Shown: positions 48,795 through 59,040 of the stretch, piece after piece
Numbering within the stretch: position 1 is the first letter of the stretch
Layout of the letters: each line of letters starts with the position of its first letter
Source of the DNA: an uncultured Nitrososphaerota archaeon
GTDB lineage: Archaea; Thermoproteota; Nitrososphaeria; Nitrososphaerales; CADDZS01
Assembly: GCA_963799845.1 (NCBI GenBank)
Contig: CAWCYI010000004.1
Span: 608,001-672,000 of the forward strand
Reading direction: 5' to 3'
Length of the DNA: 64,000 bases
Notes under the pieces: model-generated
The model's database searches: none
Told to the model about the DNA's origin: nothing
Seen by the model: only the letters and a program-made list of their open reading frames with translations
Position numbers and translations under genes: made by a program

Positions 48795-50285
48795 ATGACA
48801 GAAGAAAAGAATCTGGAAAACACAGCTTCCCAGAAACCAGAAAAAGTATCCTCCCACGCGACAAGAGTTTTGCTCGTTCTCACGGGCGTTGCATTACTCG
48901 TTAACTATGTCGAGACAATGGTCATACCGGGAGTTCCGACGATCCAGAAAGACTTCGCAACTACGGCGACCATCGCATCTTGGATTACTTCCGCATATCT
49001 GATTGTAGGCAGCGCCGTTTCTCCACTTTTTGGAAAGCTTGGAGATATTTACGGCAAGAAAAAGATGTTTCTGATTTCCCTTATTTTCTACATGATCGGC
49101 GTCAGTCTGGCAGGATTTTCGCCGTCGATCTACTTTCTCTTGTTTGCAAGAGCTCTTCAGGGGATTGGCTTTGCGATCATACCGCTGAGCATTGCGATAA
49201 TTACAGAGGTCTATCCAAGGGAGAAAGTAGCAGTCGCTCAGGGCATCCTAAGCGGGACATTCGCGATAGGTGCGTCCTTGGGGCTGATAATTGGTTCCTA
49301 CGTTGTCCAAGATCTAGGCTGGCAGTACGCGTTTCACACCGCACTGGTCCTAAGCATCATTCTGTTTGTCATCGCTGCGAAAGTTCTGAATAAGGACATA
49401 CTGAGAGCCGTTAACAAAGCAGTCGATTATGTCGGAGCAGGGATTTTGATGGCTGGAGTCACGCTGCTACTCCTCTACGTAACTGAAGGCCCGACCTTAG
49501 GATGGTTATCTTTGGAAGAATTGGCCTTCCTCATTCCAGGAGCTTTTCTAACTTTCTTTTTCTTTGTCTTTGAAAGTAAGAGAGCAAATCCGCTGATGAA
49601 CTTGAGTCTGATTCGAATAAGAAATGTGCTAGTTGGAAACCTGGTTGGGATGGTCTCTGGAATTGTAATGTTTCTCCTTTTCTTCGCGGTGGTGTACTAC
49701 GCGCAACTCCCTCCAGGTTTCGGTCTGAATGAGGATATCATTACTGTGGGGTTGACGCTTGCGCCATCAACGCTTGGAATGCTGGTTGGTGGAATCGTTA
49801 CTGGAAGATATCTCGCACGCACTGGTCCGAAACCGATCCTCGTGATCGGATCGGGTCTTCTGAGTGCAGGACTCCTTTTCTTCATTCTGAACCGGTCGAC
49901 GGCGAGTTTTGTCGCGGCGGATCTATTTGTCGCGCTCTTCGGGATTGTCTGCATTCTTGTCCCGCTCGTGAACATGCTCGCAATCTCCCTTCCCCGGGAA
50001 AACGTCGCCGTCGGGTTGGGAATGAATACTATGCTGAGAAATCTTGGGGGAGCAATCGGGCCGGTGGTCGCGACCACGATAATGGCTTCCTATACGACTA
50101 CCGTAGTTGAGCAGATAAGCGGACATAGTGTGCCTGTCGCTTTCCCGACGGCTACTGCTTTCAACATCATTTTCGGAGTCGGAATCGTCCTGGCTGTCGT
50201 GGTACTTGGAATCAGTCTGGCAACAAAGAACTATACTTTCAGGAATGTTCAGAACAATCCCGCGATGACTAGCTCTGCAAAATAA
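48795..50285 (+). CDS. MFS transporter, 14-TM drug:H+ antiporter type
   Basis: GKLGDIYGKK motif A, ARALQGIG, RNLGGAIG. Confidence 0.92.
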   Translation: MTEEKNLENTASQKPEKVSSHATRVLLVLTGVALLVNYVETMVIPGVPTIQKDFATTATIASWITSAYLIVGSAVSPLFGKLGDIYGKKKMFLISLIFYMIGVSLAGFSPSIYFLLFARALQGIGFAIIPLSIAIITEVYPREKVAVAQGILSGTFAIGASLGLIIGSYVVQDLGWQYAFHTALVLSIILFVIAAKVLNKDILRAVNKAVDYVGAGILMAGVTLLLLYVTEGPTLGWLSLEELAFLIPGAFLTFFFFVFESKRANPLMNLSLIRIRNVLVGNLVGMVSGIVMFLLFFAVVYYAQLPPGFGLNEDIITVGLTLAPSTLGMLVGGIVTGRYLARTGPKPILVIGSGLLSAGLLFFILNRSTASFVAADLFVALFGIVCILVPLVNMLAISLPRENVAVGLGMNTMLRNLGGAIGPVVATTIMASYTTTVVEQISGHSVPVAFPTATAFNIIFGVGIVLAVVVLGISLATKNYTFRNVQNNPAMTSSAK

Positions 50286-50293
50286 GCACAAAA

Positions 50294-50333
50294 CATATAA
50301 CATTACAGTAATTCTACTGTAATACTACAGTCC
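50294..50333 (+). promoter_or_regulatory. radA promoter: TATA plus three YTACWGTAA-like boxes
   Basis: CATATAA at 50294-50300; TTACAGTAA at 50303, CTACTGTAA at 50314, CTACAGTCC at 50325. Confidence 0.6.
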
Positions 50334-50359
50334 GAAAAGGCGTAGGAAAGAAACAAGAA

Positions 50360-51415
50360 TTGAGTGATCATGGAATGAGCGAAGCAATAGAAGTTGACAT
50401 TGGTGACCTGCCGGGTGTTGGTCCAGCGACAAGGGCGAAGCTTGAAAGTGGCGGAATAACGACCATTCTCGACCTCGCAGCCTCGACCACAAACGAGCTC
50501 GTGGATAGCCTGAATCTGACGGAGGAGACGGCGCATAATCTGGTTTTCGAAGCTCAGAAGCTCTTGAAGGAGAAGGGTTATCTCGAAAAGGACCTCGTCT
50601 CTGCAAACGAGCTCTTCGCAAGAAGGGCAAAGATGCTTAGATGCACCACTTATTCTCAGAACCTCGACAATCTTCTCATCGGTGGAATCGAGACTCAGGC
50701 TGTGACCGAGTTCTACGGGGAGTTCGGTTCAGGAAAGACCCAGATCTGCCACACGGTATGCGTTTCTGCGCAGCTTCCGGTAGATCAACACGGACTGGGC
50801 GGTTCAGCCCTTTACATTGATACCGAGTCAACATTCAGACCGGAAAGAGTTGCCCAGATAGCTAAAGCAAGAGATCTGGACGTTGAAAGTATTCTGAACA
50901 ACATCCACGTCGCAAAAATCTACAACGCGAGCCATCTCGAACTTATCGTCAGGGCGATGGGTGGCCTGATCCAGCAAAACAACATCAAGCTCGTAATCGT
51001 CGACAGCATAATCAGCCTCCACAGGGCAGAGTTCCTCGGAAGGGGATCGCTTTCGGAACGACAGCAGAAGCTCAACGCGATCATGCACCGTTTGAAGAGG
51101 GTTGCCGAGATCTACAACGTCGCAGTTATCATCACAAATCAGGTACAGGCGACTCCGGACACTTTCTTCGGCGATCCAACTAAAGCCGCTGGAGGCAACA
51201 TCATCGGACACGCGTCTACCTACAGGATCTACCTGCGCAAGGCGGGACAGGAGCGCAAGGCAATTATGATCGACAGTCCGATGCACCCGTACGGCGATAC
51301 AAACTTCATGGTAGTTGAGGCCGGGATAACTGATCCGATGGACAAGAAACCTGCCAAGGTGTTCAAGAGTCCATCGAGGCATCAGGAAAAGGAACGCGAT
51401 AATGAGGAAGAGTAG
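50360..51415 (+). CDS. radA: DNA repair and recombination protein RadA
   Basis: HhH DLPGVGP, GEFGSGKTQ, YIDTESTFRPER, IVDS, ERQQKLN, TNQV, GGNIIGHASTYR. Confidence 0.95.
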   Translation: MSDHGMSEAIEVDIGDLPGVGPATRAKLESGGITTILDLAASTTNELVDSLNLTEETAHNLVFEAQKLLKEKGYLEKDLVSANELFARRAKMLRCTTYSQNLDNLLIGGIETQAVTEFYGEFGSGKTQICHTVCVSAQLPVDQHGLGGSALYIDTESTFRPERVAQIAKARDLDVESILNNIHVAKIYNASHLELIVRAMGGLIQQNNIKLVIVDSIISLHRAEFLGRGSLSERQQKLNAIMHRLKRVAEIYNVAVIITNQVQATPDTFFGDPTKAAGGNIIGHASTYRIYLRKAGQERKAIMIDSPMHPYGDTNFMVVEAGITDPMDKKPAKVFKSPSRHQEKERDNEEE

Positions 51416-51439
51416 GAAACTACTCTTTTTCCTATGCCG

Positions 51440-51574
51440 TCAATACCAGGGTTGAACTTTGGTATGACAGGCGCATGGACATAGAATGTTGTATACCAAG
51501 CCGTCAACTTTAATCAAGGACTGGTTGTCGTGGTTGTGCTTACACGTCGCACAAACCTGCACCGTTACTGCCAT
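51440..51574 (-). CDS. 44-aa Cys/His metal-binding small protein (not in ORF track)
   Basis: MAVTVQVCATCKHNHDNQSLIKVDGLVYNILCPCACHTKVQPWY*. Confidence 0.6.
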   Translation of the reverse strand: MAVTVQVCATCKHNHDNQSLIKVDGLVYNILCPCACHTKVQPWY

Positions 51575-51655
51575 GAGAAATGGTGAGCCAGTTTTATTTC
51601 TAAAACTCCAGATCAAGCGATGTTGACAAGAAGCATTCCAAAAAACTGACTCCCC

Positions 51656-52291
51656 ATGACTTCGAGACCGCTCTCAATAGATAATCAGGCAACATTCAAG
51701 AAGGGAATCGAACACCTCCGACGGAACGACGCCAAGCTAGCCACGGTGATTGAGAAACATGGACGTCTTGAGTTTACGGCAGAAGGCGAGATGTTCCAAT
51801 CTCTGGTCGAATCGATTCTAGGTCAACAGCTCGCGGGGGCCGCCGCATCTGCAATTACCGGTCGCGTGAAGAAACTCTATCCCGGCGGTACGATTGAGGC
51901 TCTTGCTCTTTACGCGACACCAATTAGGAAACTGAGAAAAGCCGGAGTTTCGCCCCAAAAGATTCGATATCTGAAGGATCTTTCACGCAGGGTCGTGAAA
52001 GGAAAACTCGATCTCGAATCTCTGAAAAATGAGGAAGATTCGGTACTTCTGGAAGCGCTTGATGAAGTTCTCGGGATCGGTCCCTGGACAATACACATGC
52101 TGCTGATTTTCACTCTCGGGCGACCTGATGTATTGCCTGTCGACGACCTCGGAATCAGAAAGGCTATCCAGGAGCTCTATTCGTTGCCAGATTTGCCAAA
52201 GAAAGAGAAGATTGAGGAGCTCGCGAAAAATTGGCACCCATACTGCTCCGTTGCAAGTTTGTATCTTTGGAGATACAAAGACTCGGCCTAG
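51656..52291 (+). CDS. alkA: DNA-3-methyladenine glycosylase II (HhH-GPD)
   Basis: ILGQQL, GIGPWT, LGRPDVLPVDDLG, WHPYCSVASLYLW. Confidence 0.92.
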   Translation: MTSRPLSIDNQATFKKGIEHLRRNDAKLATVIEKHGRLEFTAEGEMFQSLVESILGQQLAGAAASAITGRVKKLYPGGTIEALALYATPIRKLRKAGVSPQKIRYLKDLSRRVVKGKLDLESLKNEEDSVLLEALDEVLGIGPWTIHMLLIFTLGRPDVLPVDDLGIRKAIQELYSLPDLPKKEKIEELAKNWHPYCSVASLYLWRYKDSA

Positions 52292-52333
52292 GGTGGAAAG
52301 ACTCAATATTCCAAACTCTGACTGAATTGTGCG

Positions 52334-53155
52334 ATGTCAAATTACAAGGAATTTGCCGATGATTCACTTGTCATTTCCGTTGACGAAGCTGCGAAACTCG
52401 TCAACAACGCCAACGTCGTATTCATAGATACCAGAAATTACTGGAAGTATGTGAAGGGTCACATCCCCGGCGCGTTCAACCTTGAGCTGTACGCCTTCCA
52501 CTGGGTCGATACTTCGGAAGATGGAATCCGCGCATTCGCAAAGCAGATGCGAATGTTATTCGGATCACTGGGCATAAGTGAGAAGACTACCGTCGTATTT
52601 TATCAGAATAACAGCGGGTACGATGCGGCCCGAGGTGTTTGGCTGTTGAACTTTTTGGGGCATGGTGATTCAAGATTGCTTGACGGAGGGCTAAATCTCT
52701 GGAAAAGAAGAGGACTCGCGACAAGCACCGAAGATCCTAAACCTCGGAAGAAATCAAATTTCAGAGAGTTCTTGAATGAATCTGTGTTAATTACCAAGGG
52801 CTTGATGTCATCAGACATCAGGAATAAATCACTGCAGCTGATCGACGTCAGAAATGCAGGGGAGTTTGGCGGCACTTTCCGGCGGGCGTCAAAAGCCGGG
52901 CATGTACCTGGAGCTATCAACCTGGAGTGGAAGGCCGCGTTGAGAAATGATGGTACTTTGAAGGATGCCCGCCAGTTGAGCAAGTTGTATTCAATCTTGG
53001 ATAAGAACCGCGAGACTGCGACATACTGTCAGAGCGGTTATCGAGCAGCTCATTCTTGGTTAGTGCTGAAGTTGCTTGGCTTTGGCGACGTCAGGAATTA
53101 CCTAGGTTCATGGTACGAGTGGGGAAATGACTCTGACGCAAGTGTGACAAAATGA
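52334..53155 (+). CDS. Two-domain sulfurtransferase (rhodanese)
   Basis: GHIPGA, LDGG, GHVPGA, YCQSGYRA, YLGSWYEW. Confidence 0.93.
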   Translation: MSNYKEFADDSLVISVDEAAKLVNNANVVFIDTRNYWKYVKGHIPGAFNLELYAFHWVDTSEDGIRAFAKQMRMLFGSLGISEKTTVVFYQNNSGYDAARGVWLLNFLGHGDSRLLDGGLNLWKRRGLATSTEDPKPRKKSNFREFLNESVLITKGLMSSDIRNKSLQLIDVRNAGEFGGTFRRASKAGHVPGAINLEWKAALRNDGTLKDARQLSKLYSILDKNRETATYCQSGYRAAHSWLVLKLLGFGDVRNYLGSWYEWGNDSDASVTK

Positions 53156-53186
53156 ACAATCGCAAATTGAACCAGGTGATATCGTA

Positions 53187-53531
53187 ATGGCTGTGCGCGG
53201 GGCATCTGACAAGATCGTGGCGAGGGTATCTTCGTGGGAGGGAGTTACAGCTGCGCCGCATCGTTTCGGAGGAATAGAATTCAGGTTGGGTCGAAGGGAG
53301 ATCGGACACCTCCACGGAAATTATCAGGCAGACATTCCTTTTCCAAAACCGCTCAGAGATAGCCTGGTCGCGGAGGGAAGGGCAGAGCCACATCATATTC
53401 TGCCCGAAAGTGGCTGGATCACTTTTCGACTAGTGAAATCTGAAGATATAGAGAAGGCGGTCGAACTCTTTAGGATGTCTTACGATAATTCCAGATCCAA
53501 AATAGACGGTTCAAGACCGCTCAATTCGTGA
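53187..53531 (+). CDS. DUF5519/luciferase-like family protein
   Basis: PHRFGGIEF...EIGHLHG...AEPHHILPESGW. Confidence 0.85.
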   Translation: MAVRGASDKIVARVSSWEGVTAAPHRFGGIEFRLGRREIGHLHGNYQADIPFPKPLRDSLVAEGRAEPHHILPESGWITFRLVKSEDIEKAVELFRMSYDNSRSKIDGSRPLNS

Positions 53532-53585
53532 ACTTCAGCAAGAATATTACCACGTTGAAAGAGGGGTGGAACACTGGACAAATTA

Positions 53586-54392
53586 TTGGCGACTAGGAAC
53601 AAGATTACACCTTTTCTCGATCGCGTTTACAACAAGGACGTACTGGAGTTACTTCGCGAGCTCCCCGACAACTCGGTAGACTGCATCTACGCTGATCCGG
53701 ATTACAACGTGGGTGTAAAGTACAACAACGTTTCTTACACAAAAAAATTCGATGAATACATTTCCTGGTGCATATCATGGTCAAGAGAGAGCCATCGGGT
53801 GCTGAAAGAAAGTGGAAATCTATTCATCATAAACTATCCAAAGAATAATGCTTACTTGCGAACTCGGTATCTGGATGAAGCGTTCTGGGATGTTCAGGAA
53901 TACGTGTGGATTTACAATACAAATATCGGCCACAGTAAGAGGAGGTTCACCACGGCGCACAGATCAATTCTCCATTGCACAAAATCCGAGGATAATGATT
54001 TCTTCAAAGAAAACGTTGCCGAGCCGTACGAAAATCCGACGGACCGAAGAATCAAAAAACTACTCCATGACGGAAAGCCGGGTCGAATGCCGTACAGCTG
54101 GCTGTATGTCGATCTTGTGAAAAACGTTGGCTTCACGAAGACATTCCATGCTTGCCAGATTCCGGAAGATCTGTCTCACAAATTGATCGCCAGCTCAACC
54201 CAGCCGGGAGACACTGTCCTGATACTCTTCGGAGGGAGCGGATCGGAGATCATGGAGTGCAGGAAAATGAAAAGGCGATTCATAGCTGCTGAAATCGACA
54301 AGCGTTATTTCGACCTGATCTCACGAAGATTGAAGACAGACGGCCCTCTGCCAGAAGAGCTTCGTCTAATGAGCAATATGAAGAAAATCTAG
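53586..54392 (+). CDS. Orphan N4-C/N6-A DNA methyltransferase (beta class)
   Basis: Motif IV DPDY near the N-terminus, HACQIP, motif I LFGGSGS near the C-terminus. Confidence 0.9.
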   Translation: MATRNKITPFLDRVYNKDVLELLRELPDNSVDCIYADPDYNVGVKYNNVSYTKKFDEYISWCISWSRESHRVLKESGNLFIINYPKNNAYLRTRYLDEAFWDVQEYVWIYNTNIGHSKRRFTTAHRSILHCTKSEDNDFFKENVAEPYENPTDRRIKKLLHDGKPGRMPYSWLYVDLVKNVGFTKTFHACQIPEDLSHKLIASSTQPGDTVLILFGGSGSEIMECRKMKRRFIAAEIDKRYFDLISRRLKTDGPLPEELRLMSNMKKI

Positions 54393-54419
54393 GCAGATAT
54401 GACTCGCCGAACTATTCCC

Positions 54420-54824
54420 TTATTCAGCGACTAATTCTTCGACGACGTCAAATCCTTCGTCTGTTGATGGTGGCTGAAGTATCTTGTAGTAGAATCGAAC
54501 GGCTTTATCTGGAACATGCTCTTTGCCTGTCCGCGAGGCATTTCTCTGCAAAGCAAGATCAACTGGACAGTTGATGTAAATCGCGCGGATTGGAATCCCG
54601 AACAATTTTGCAATTTGTACATATTTCTTTCTTGACTTTTGAGTTGTATTCGTATTGTCCACGATGATGTCGCTACCGTTCATGAGGCAAGTCGCTATCT
54701 CCTCATCCTCTTTCTTGCGAGTGTGCAGAGTGTCGAGGTTCAAGCGCTTATGATTCGGAAATCTATTCCTCGCAATGGTGGACTTTCCGCTGCCAGGAAT
54801 GCCGACAAGTACGATGATTTCCAA
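54420..54824 (-). CDS. AAA_33 / polynucleotide kinase-like P-loop protein
   Basis: GIPGSGKST, NLDTL, VDNTN, QRNASR, QPPSTDEGF. Confidence 0.85.
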   Translation of the reverse strand: MEIIVLVGIPGSGKSTIARNRFPNHKRLNLDTLHTRKKEDEEIATCLMNGSDIIVDNTNTTQKSRKKYVQIAKLFGIPIRAIYINCPVDLALQRNASRTGKEHVPDKAVRFYYKILQPPSTDEGFDVVEELVAE

Positions 54825-54891
54825 GCGACTCTCCGAAAATTTGATCCAAAAAAAAGTGAAGACGATGAGATCGAACCGATCTCAATCGTTC

Positions 54892-55806
54892 CTACATCTT
54901 CAGTGATTCTTTGAGAGTCTTGTACCTGTTTCTGATAGTGACTTCAGTCACTCCGGCCGCTTGAGCGTAGTCCTTCTGCGTCTTTGCCTCGTTTTCCATT
55001 ACGCTCGCGACATAGAGAGCAGCTGCGGCAAGTCCCATGGGATCTTTTCCAGCCGAACCGCCTGTCTCCTGAGCTTTACGAAGGATCTCGAGTGCACGTC
55101 TTTGAGTTCTCTCGCTCGCTCCAGCCTTGCTTCCGATTCTCGAAATGTACTTCGCAGGATTCCTTACTGGCATTCGCAAGTCCATCTCCTTCAAAATCAA
55201 CCGATAGCTCTGGGCCAAGTCGTTTTTCTTTACACCGCTAGCTGACGCCAAGTCCTTCAAAGTCCTCGGTGTCTCGGTGTCTCGCAACGCGGCATAGAGC
55301 GAAGCTGTAATCATGGAAGAAATAGATCTTCCCCGGATCAGTTTCTTCTCCATCGCTTTACGATAGATGTACGCGGCCTTCTCGATGACCGGCCCGCCAA
55401 CATTAATTTTCTCGGCGAGTCTATCCAGTTGACTGAAAGCCTGCCTCAAATTTCTGTCGGCAGAATTATGTACCTTGCTCCTGCGATCCCAAGTTCGCAG
55501 ACGTTCCAGCTGATTTTTCATCGATGCCTTCAGCGCATTTCCGGAGGCATCGGTGCTCTCAAGACCGATTACGGTTGAGAGGCCCATGTCATGCAGAGCG
55601 AGACTACTTGGCGAGCCAGTTCTGCTCCTGTCGTCCTCGCCCTGTTCCTTTGCAAAGTTTCTCCACTCTGGGCCGGTATCCTCGATACCTTCCTTAATCA
55701 CGTAACCGCAATTTGTGCAAACCTGCTCTCCAGTATTTGCATCCAAAACCAAACTGCTCTGTCCGCACCTCGGGCACCTGATAAGACCCTGAGGCCTTCT
55801 CACCAT
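54892..55806 (-). CDS. tfb: Transcription initiation factor IIB
   Basis: CPRC...CTNC ribbon, DTGPEWR, two cyclin repeats, GVTEVTIRNRY; start may be TTG at 55836. Confidence 0.96.
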   Translation of the reverse strand: MVRRPQGLIRCPRCGQSSLVLDANTGEQVCTNCGYVIKEGIEDTGPEWRNFAKEQGEDDRSRTGSPSSLALHDMGLSTVIGLESTDASGNALKASMKNQLERLRTWDRRSKVHNSADRNLRQAFSQLDRLAEKINVGGPVIEKAAYIYRKAMEKKLIRGRSISSMITASLYAALRDTETPRTLKDLASASGVKKNDLAQSYRLILKEMDLRMPVRNPAKYISRIGSKAGASERTQRRALEILRKAQETGGSAGKDPMGLAAAALYVASVMENEAKTQKDYAQAAGVTEVTIRNRYKTLKESLKM

Positions 55807-55922
55807 CGACAAATTCTTGCTATTCTCTATGCTCAAATCTCCTACACCTCTCTGGAAAGTATTATTAAGGAGCACACGCCCTTATAAACCTTTGTCTTCC
55901 CGAGACACTATGAACGGAAGAT

Positions 55923-56642
55923 TTAGGGCTTTGAGGGCGACTCTGTCGGAAGTTTCTCTCCGGACTTCGAATCGGTGGGATTTTGGGGCGAAGAAGGTCT
56001 GTTCGCTACCCAGTGGACTATTAAAGCAAAAGCAGCAAACAACGGAATCAGGACCAAATCGCTAATCTCCGGATAAATCGTCTCGACGAACCAGAAAGTT
56101 GCGAACGATAGCAATACCGAAGACACAACAACTTTCATGTTTGCCTGTTTTATCTTCCGAACCTGATTTCGCAGAACGAAAGTCGAAACGATGACGATTG
56201 CAATCCCGACAATTAAACCGAGTATTGTTGAAACATAATTGTTGGGGAGGAGACCAACGAGAACTATCGAGGCTTCAAAAGCCTCGATCGCCCCCACAGA
56301 AAATCCTGTGTAAAATAATCCTTTTTCAAATTCTTCTGAAGCGCCAAACCCCCCTTTCCTTCCTCTGACAACAGATCGCCTAGCGCTGCGGGTCAACCTC
56401 AGACCAAAGTAAAGTAGTAGAATTGCACCTACCAATCGAATTACAACTATTGGGAGAAGGGAAATCGCGTCACCGAGCAAGAGAGTCGGGACGAGTACTA
56501 CAGTGATCCCAAGAGCGACGTACAGAAAAGCTGCATGTTTGCGGGTATCCCCGTATAGTGCTACGGCGACAGCTGCCGCTTCAACTAGCTCAAGGGTAGT
56601 TATTCCCAGTGCAGCTAAAAATACCGCGGGATCAAACGGCAA
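55923..56642 (-). CDS. COG4280 / GDT1-like membrane protein
   Basis: Two ExxEA helices (TLELVEA, AIEAFEA), LLYFGLR, about 7 TM segments. Confidence 0.7.
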   Translation of the reverse strand: MPFDPAVFLAALGITTLELVEAAAVAVALYGDTRKHAAFLYVALGITVVLVPTLLLGDAISLLPIVVIRLVGAILLLYFGLRLTRSARRSVVRGRKGGFGASEEFEKGLFYTGFSVGAIEAFEASIVLVGLLPNNYVSTILGLIVGIAIVIVSTFVLRNQVRKIKQANMKVVVSSVLLSFATFWFVETIYPEISDLVLIPLFAAFALIVHWVANRPSSPQNPTDSKSGEKLPTESPSKP

Positions 56643-56702
56643 AATGTTTCGATAAGAAAAGTTCCAAATTATAAATGCCTTGTGAGCTAAGAGGGCTCCG
56701 GT

Positions 56703-57194
56703 TTATCTAAGCTCGTCGAGTGGCGTCGGCAGTTTGGGTTCAAGCAAGTCATTGTCGTGAAAAGGTTCCAATTTACCGTTCACGTCGATGAAATGCTTGT
56801 CATATCTCGGGGTAACTTCAATTCCTGAAGTCGCACGCCTGACAACCTCTTCCTTGGGCACTGGTATCGAGGTGTCGTAATACTTGAAAACCTTGATCCT
56901 CGGATCGGAATAATCAAAAATCGAGCCCATAATTCGCGTGCAATTCAGACTTTTCAGGGCGGCAGTGCGGTGGTGGCCGTCGTGAATCATGTACTTGCCT
57001 TTCCATTTTGAACCCAGCAGGTCCAGTCGCGAGATCGCTATAGGTCTGAGTTGAAATCCATCTCGCTCCATTTCGGATTTGACTTCCAAGATATGCGCCT
57101 CGATAACTCCCTCATGAGGCACAAGGTCTGTCATCATGATTTTTGAAATTTCGAATTTGAGGGCAAATTGCTCTCCGGAAGAGCCACGACTCAA
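56703..57194 (-). CDS. ParB/Srx N-terminal domain protein
   Basis: LVPHE, RPI, DGHHRTAAL; TTG at 57194 chosen from the CTTAAATA box about 31 nt upstream. Confidence 0.8.
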   Translation of the reverse strand: MSRGSSGEQFALKFEISKIMMTDLVPHEGVIEAHILEVKSEMERDGFQLRPIAISRLDLLGSKWKGKYMIHDGHHRTAALKSLNCTRIMGSIFDYSDPRIKVFKYYDTSIPVPKEEVVRRATSGIEVTPRYDKHFIDVNGKLEPFHDNDLLEPKLPTPLDELR

Positions 57195-57383
57195 TGGATT
57201 ACAAAAAAGCTTGCGAGATCCACCATATTTAAGATGTTGAGTTCCAATCGGTACACAGAAACCGAATAATTCAGGGAATTCATTCTTGTAGACGAGAAAC
57301 CCAAAATACCTGTAGAAACTGAATCGGTGTTTGGTTAATTGATGCGCGAGCGAAGTCCAAATCATTCCAGAAGACTTGACGGC

Positions 57384-58847
57384 ATGAAGACCGGATTTAC
57401 TTTTGATGACGTTCTACTAGTTCCGAAATATTCCGAAATTAGATCCAGGAAGGAAGTTTCGACTACTACCGTATTGACTGAGAAAATTGAACTCAGCATT
57501 CCAATTGTGTCAGCAAATATGGACACCGTGACCGAGGCCGACATGGCAATCGCGATCGCGAGAGAAGGTGGAATAGGGATCATCCACCGTTTCATGAGTC
57601 CCGAACAACAGATTGCGCAGGTCTCCAAAGTGAAGCGAACCGAATCAATAATCATCGAGACTCCTTACACGCTTCGCGAATCATCAAATGTTGCAGAAGT
57701 CAAGCGTTTGATGAGCGAGCGAAATGTTGGTGGCATTCTAATCGTATCCGAAGATGGAAAGCTGAAAGGAATTGTCACAACCCGGGATCTGAGGTTCGTT
57801 GACGAACCCAATTTGAAAGTCGGTGAAGTCATGACCAGGAGATCAGATCTCGTCGTTGCCCCCAAGAAAACTACTCCCGAAAGGGCGAGGGAAATAATGC
57901 GAGAAACAAAAATTGAGAAGCTGCCGCTCGTCGATAAGGAGGATCGACTGGCAGGTTTGATTACAGCCAAGGACATCCTCAAAAGAAAGCAGTTCCCGAA
58001 CGCAAGCAAGGATCCAAGGGGAAGACTGAGGGTCGGCGCGGCAGTCGGCGTCAAGGGGGATTTTCTCGAAAGGGCAAAAGGCCTGCAGGATGTTGGGGCA
58101 GATGTGCTAGTCTTGGATATTGCCCACGGGCACAGTCGACATGCCCTTGAAGCTATCATGGAGATCAAGAAAACTCTGGGACGAGACCTGCAATTAATCG
58201 CCGGCAACGTCGCGACCGAGCGAGGCGCTCAAGATCTGATAAGAGCTGGAGCCGACTCGGTGAAGGTCGGAGTCGGGAGTGGATCAATTTGCATCACAAG
58301 AATAGTTACTGGATCGGGAGTCCCTCAGCTGACTGCGATTTCCGAATGCGCCAAGGCAACCAAGGATGCTGGAGTTACTTTGATTGCCGACGGCGGGATA
58401 CGAAATTCGGGCGATATTACAAAGGCTTTGGTTGCCGGAGCCGACAGCGTCATGGTGGGAAGCCTTCTCGCAGGAACAGATGAAAGCCCCGGAGAGATTG
58501 TGTATCGAGGAAATTATCGGTATAAAGTTACCCGGGGCATGGCATCGATGTCCGCGAGAAAAGACCAGCTGTCGAGGGGGAGAGACTTGCGGTTGGACAT
58601 CCGCGCGGAAAACCTCGAAGAGCAGGAACCTGATCTAATTGATTATGTCCCCGAGGGAGTTGAGGCGATTGTCCCGTACAAGGGACGCGCGGTAAATGTG
58701 ATACGACAGTTGGTCGGAGGGCTCAAAAGCGGCCTAAGCTACTGCGGGTCGAGGAATCTCAAGGATCTTAGATTGAACGGCGAATTCATGAGAATCACAG
58801 AAGTTGGGTTGAAAGAGTCGATGCCTCACGATGTGAAGGAACTCTAG
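57384..58847 (+). CDS. guaB: IMP dehydrogenase
   Basis: [20 protein letters not shown] pair, [35 protein letters not shown]. Confidence 0.97.
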   Translation: MKTGFTFDDVLLVPKYSEIRSRKEVSTTTVLTEKIELSIPIVSANMDTVTEADMAIAIAREGGIGIIHRFMSPEQQIAQVSKVKRTESIIIETPYTLRESSNVAEVKRLMSERNVGGILIVSEDGKLKGIVTTRDLRFVDEPNLKVGEVMTRRSDLVVAPKKTTPERAREIMRETKIEKLPLVDKEDRLAGLITAKDILKRKQFPNASKDPRGRLRVGAAVGVKGDFLERAKGLQDVGADVLVLDIAHGHSRHALEAIMEIKKTLGRDLQLIAGNVATERGAQDLIRAGADSVKVGVGSGSICITRIVTGSGVPQLTAISECAKATKDAGVTLIADGGIRNSGDITKALVAGADSVMVGSLLAGTDESPGEIVYRGNYRYKVTRGMASMSARKDQLSRGRDLRLDIRAENLEEQEPDLIDYVPEGVEAIVPYKGRAVNVIRQLVGGLKSGLSYCGSRNLKDLRLNGEFMRITEVGLKESMPHDVKEL

Positions 58848-59040
58848 CAATCTACGCGCCTCTCATATCCGGTTTGATAAATTTCGTTCTGCTCAATATC
58901 GGCCAACAAATCTAGCCATTATTGTTGACAGTTCCTGTAATCATCGAAACTGAGCGCACTCGTTTTAGCCAGTGGCTACTATGTTTTGTTTGGAGTTTAT
59001 CGCGGATCAGAAAATCACTTCGTGAATTGGAGGAATTAAT

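Noticed and set aside
51436-51472. Long hairpin downstream of radA as a separate ncRNA
   Set aside because: It overlaps the 3' end of the Cys/His microprotein ORF; more likely a terminator or coincidence.
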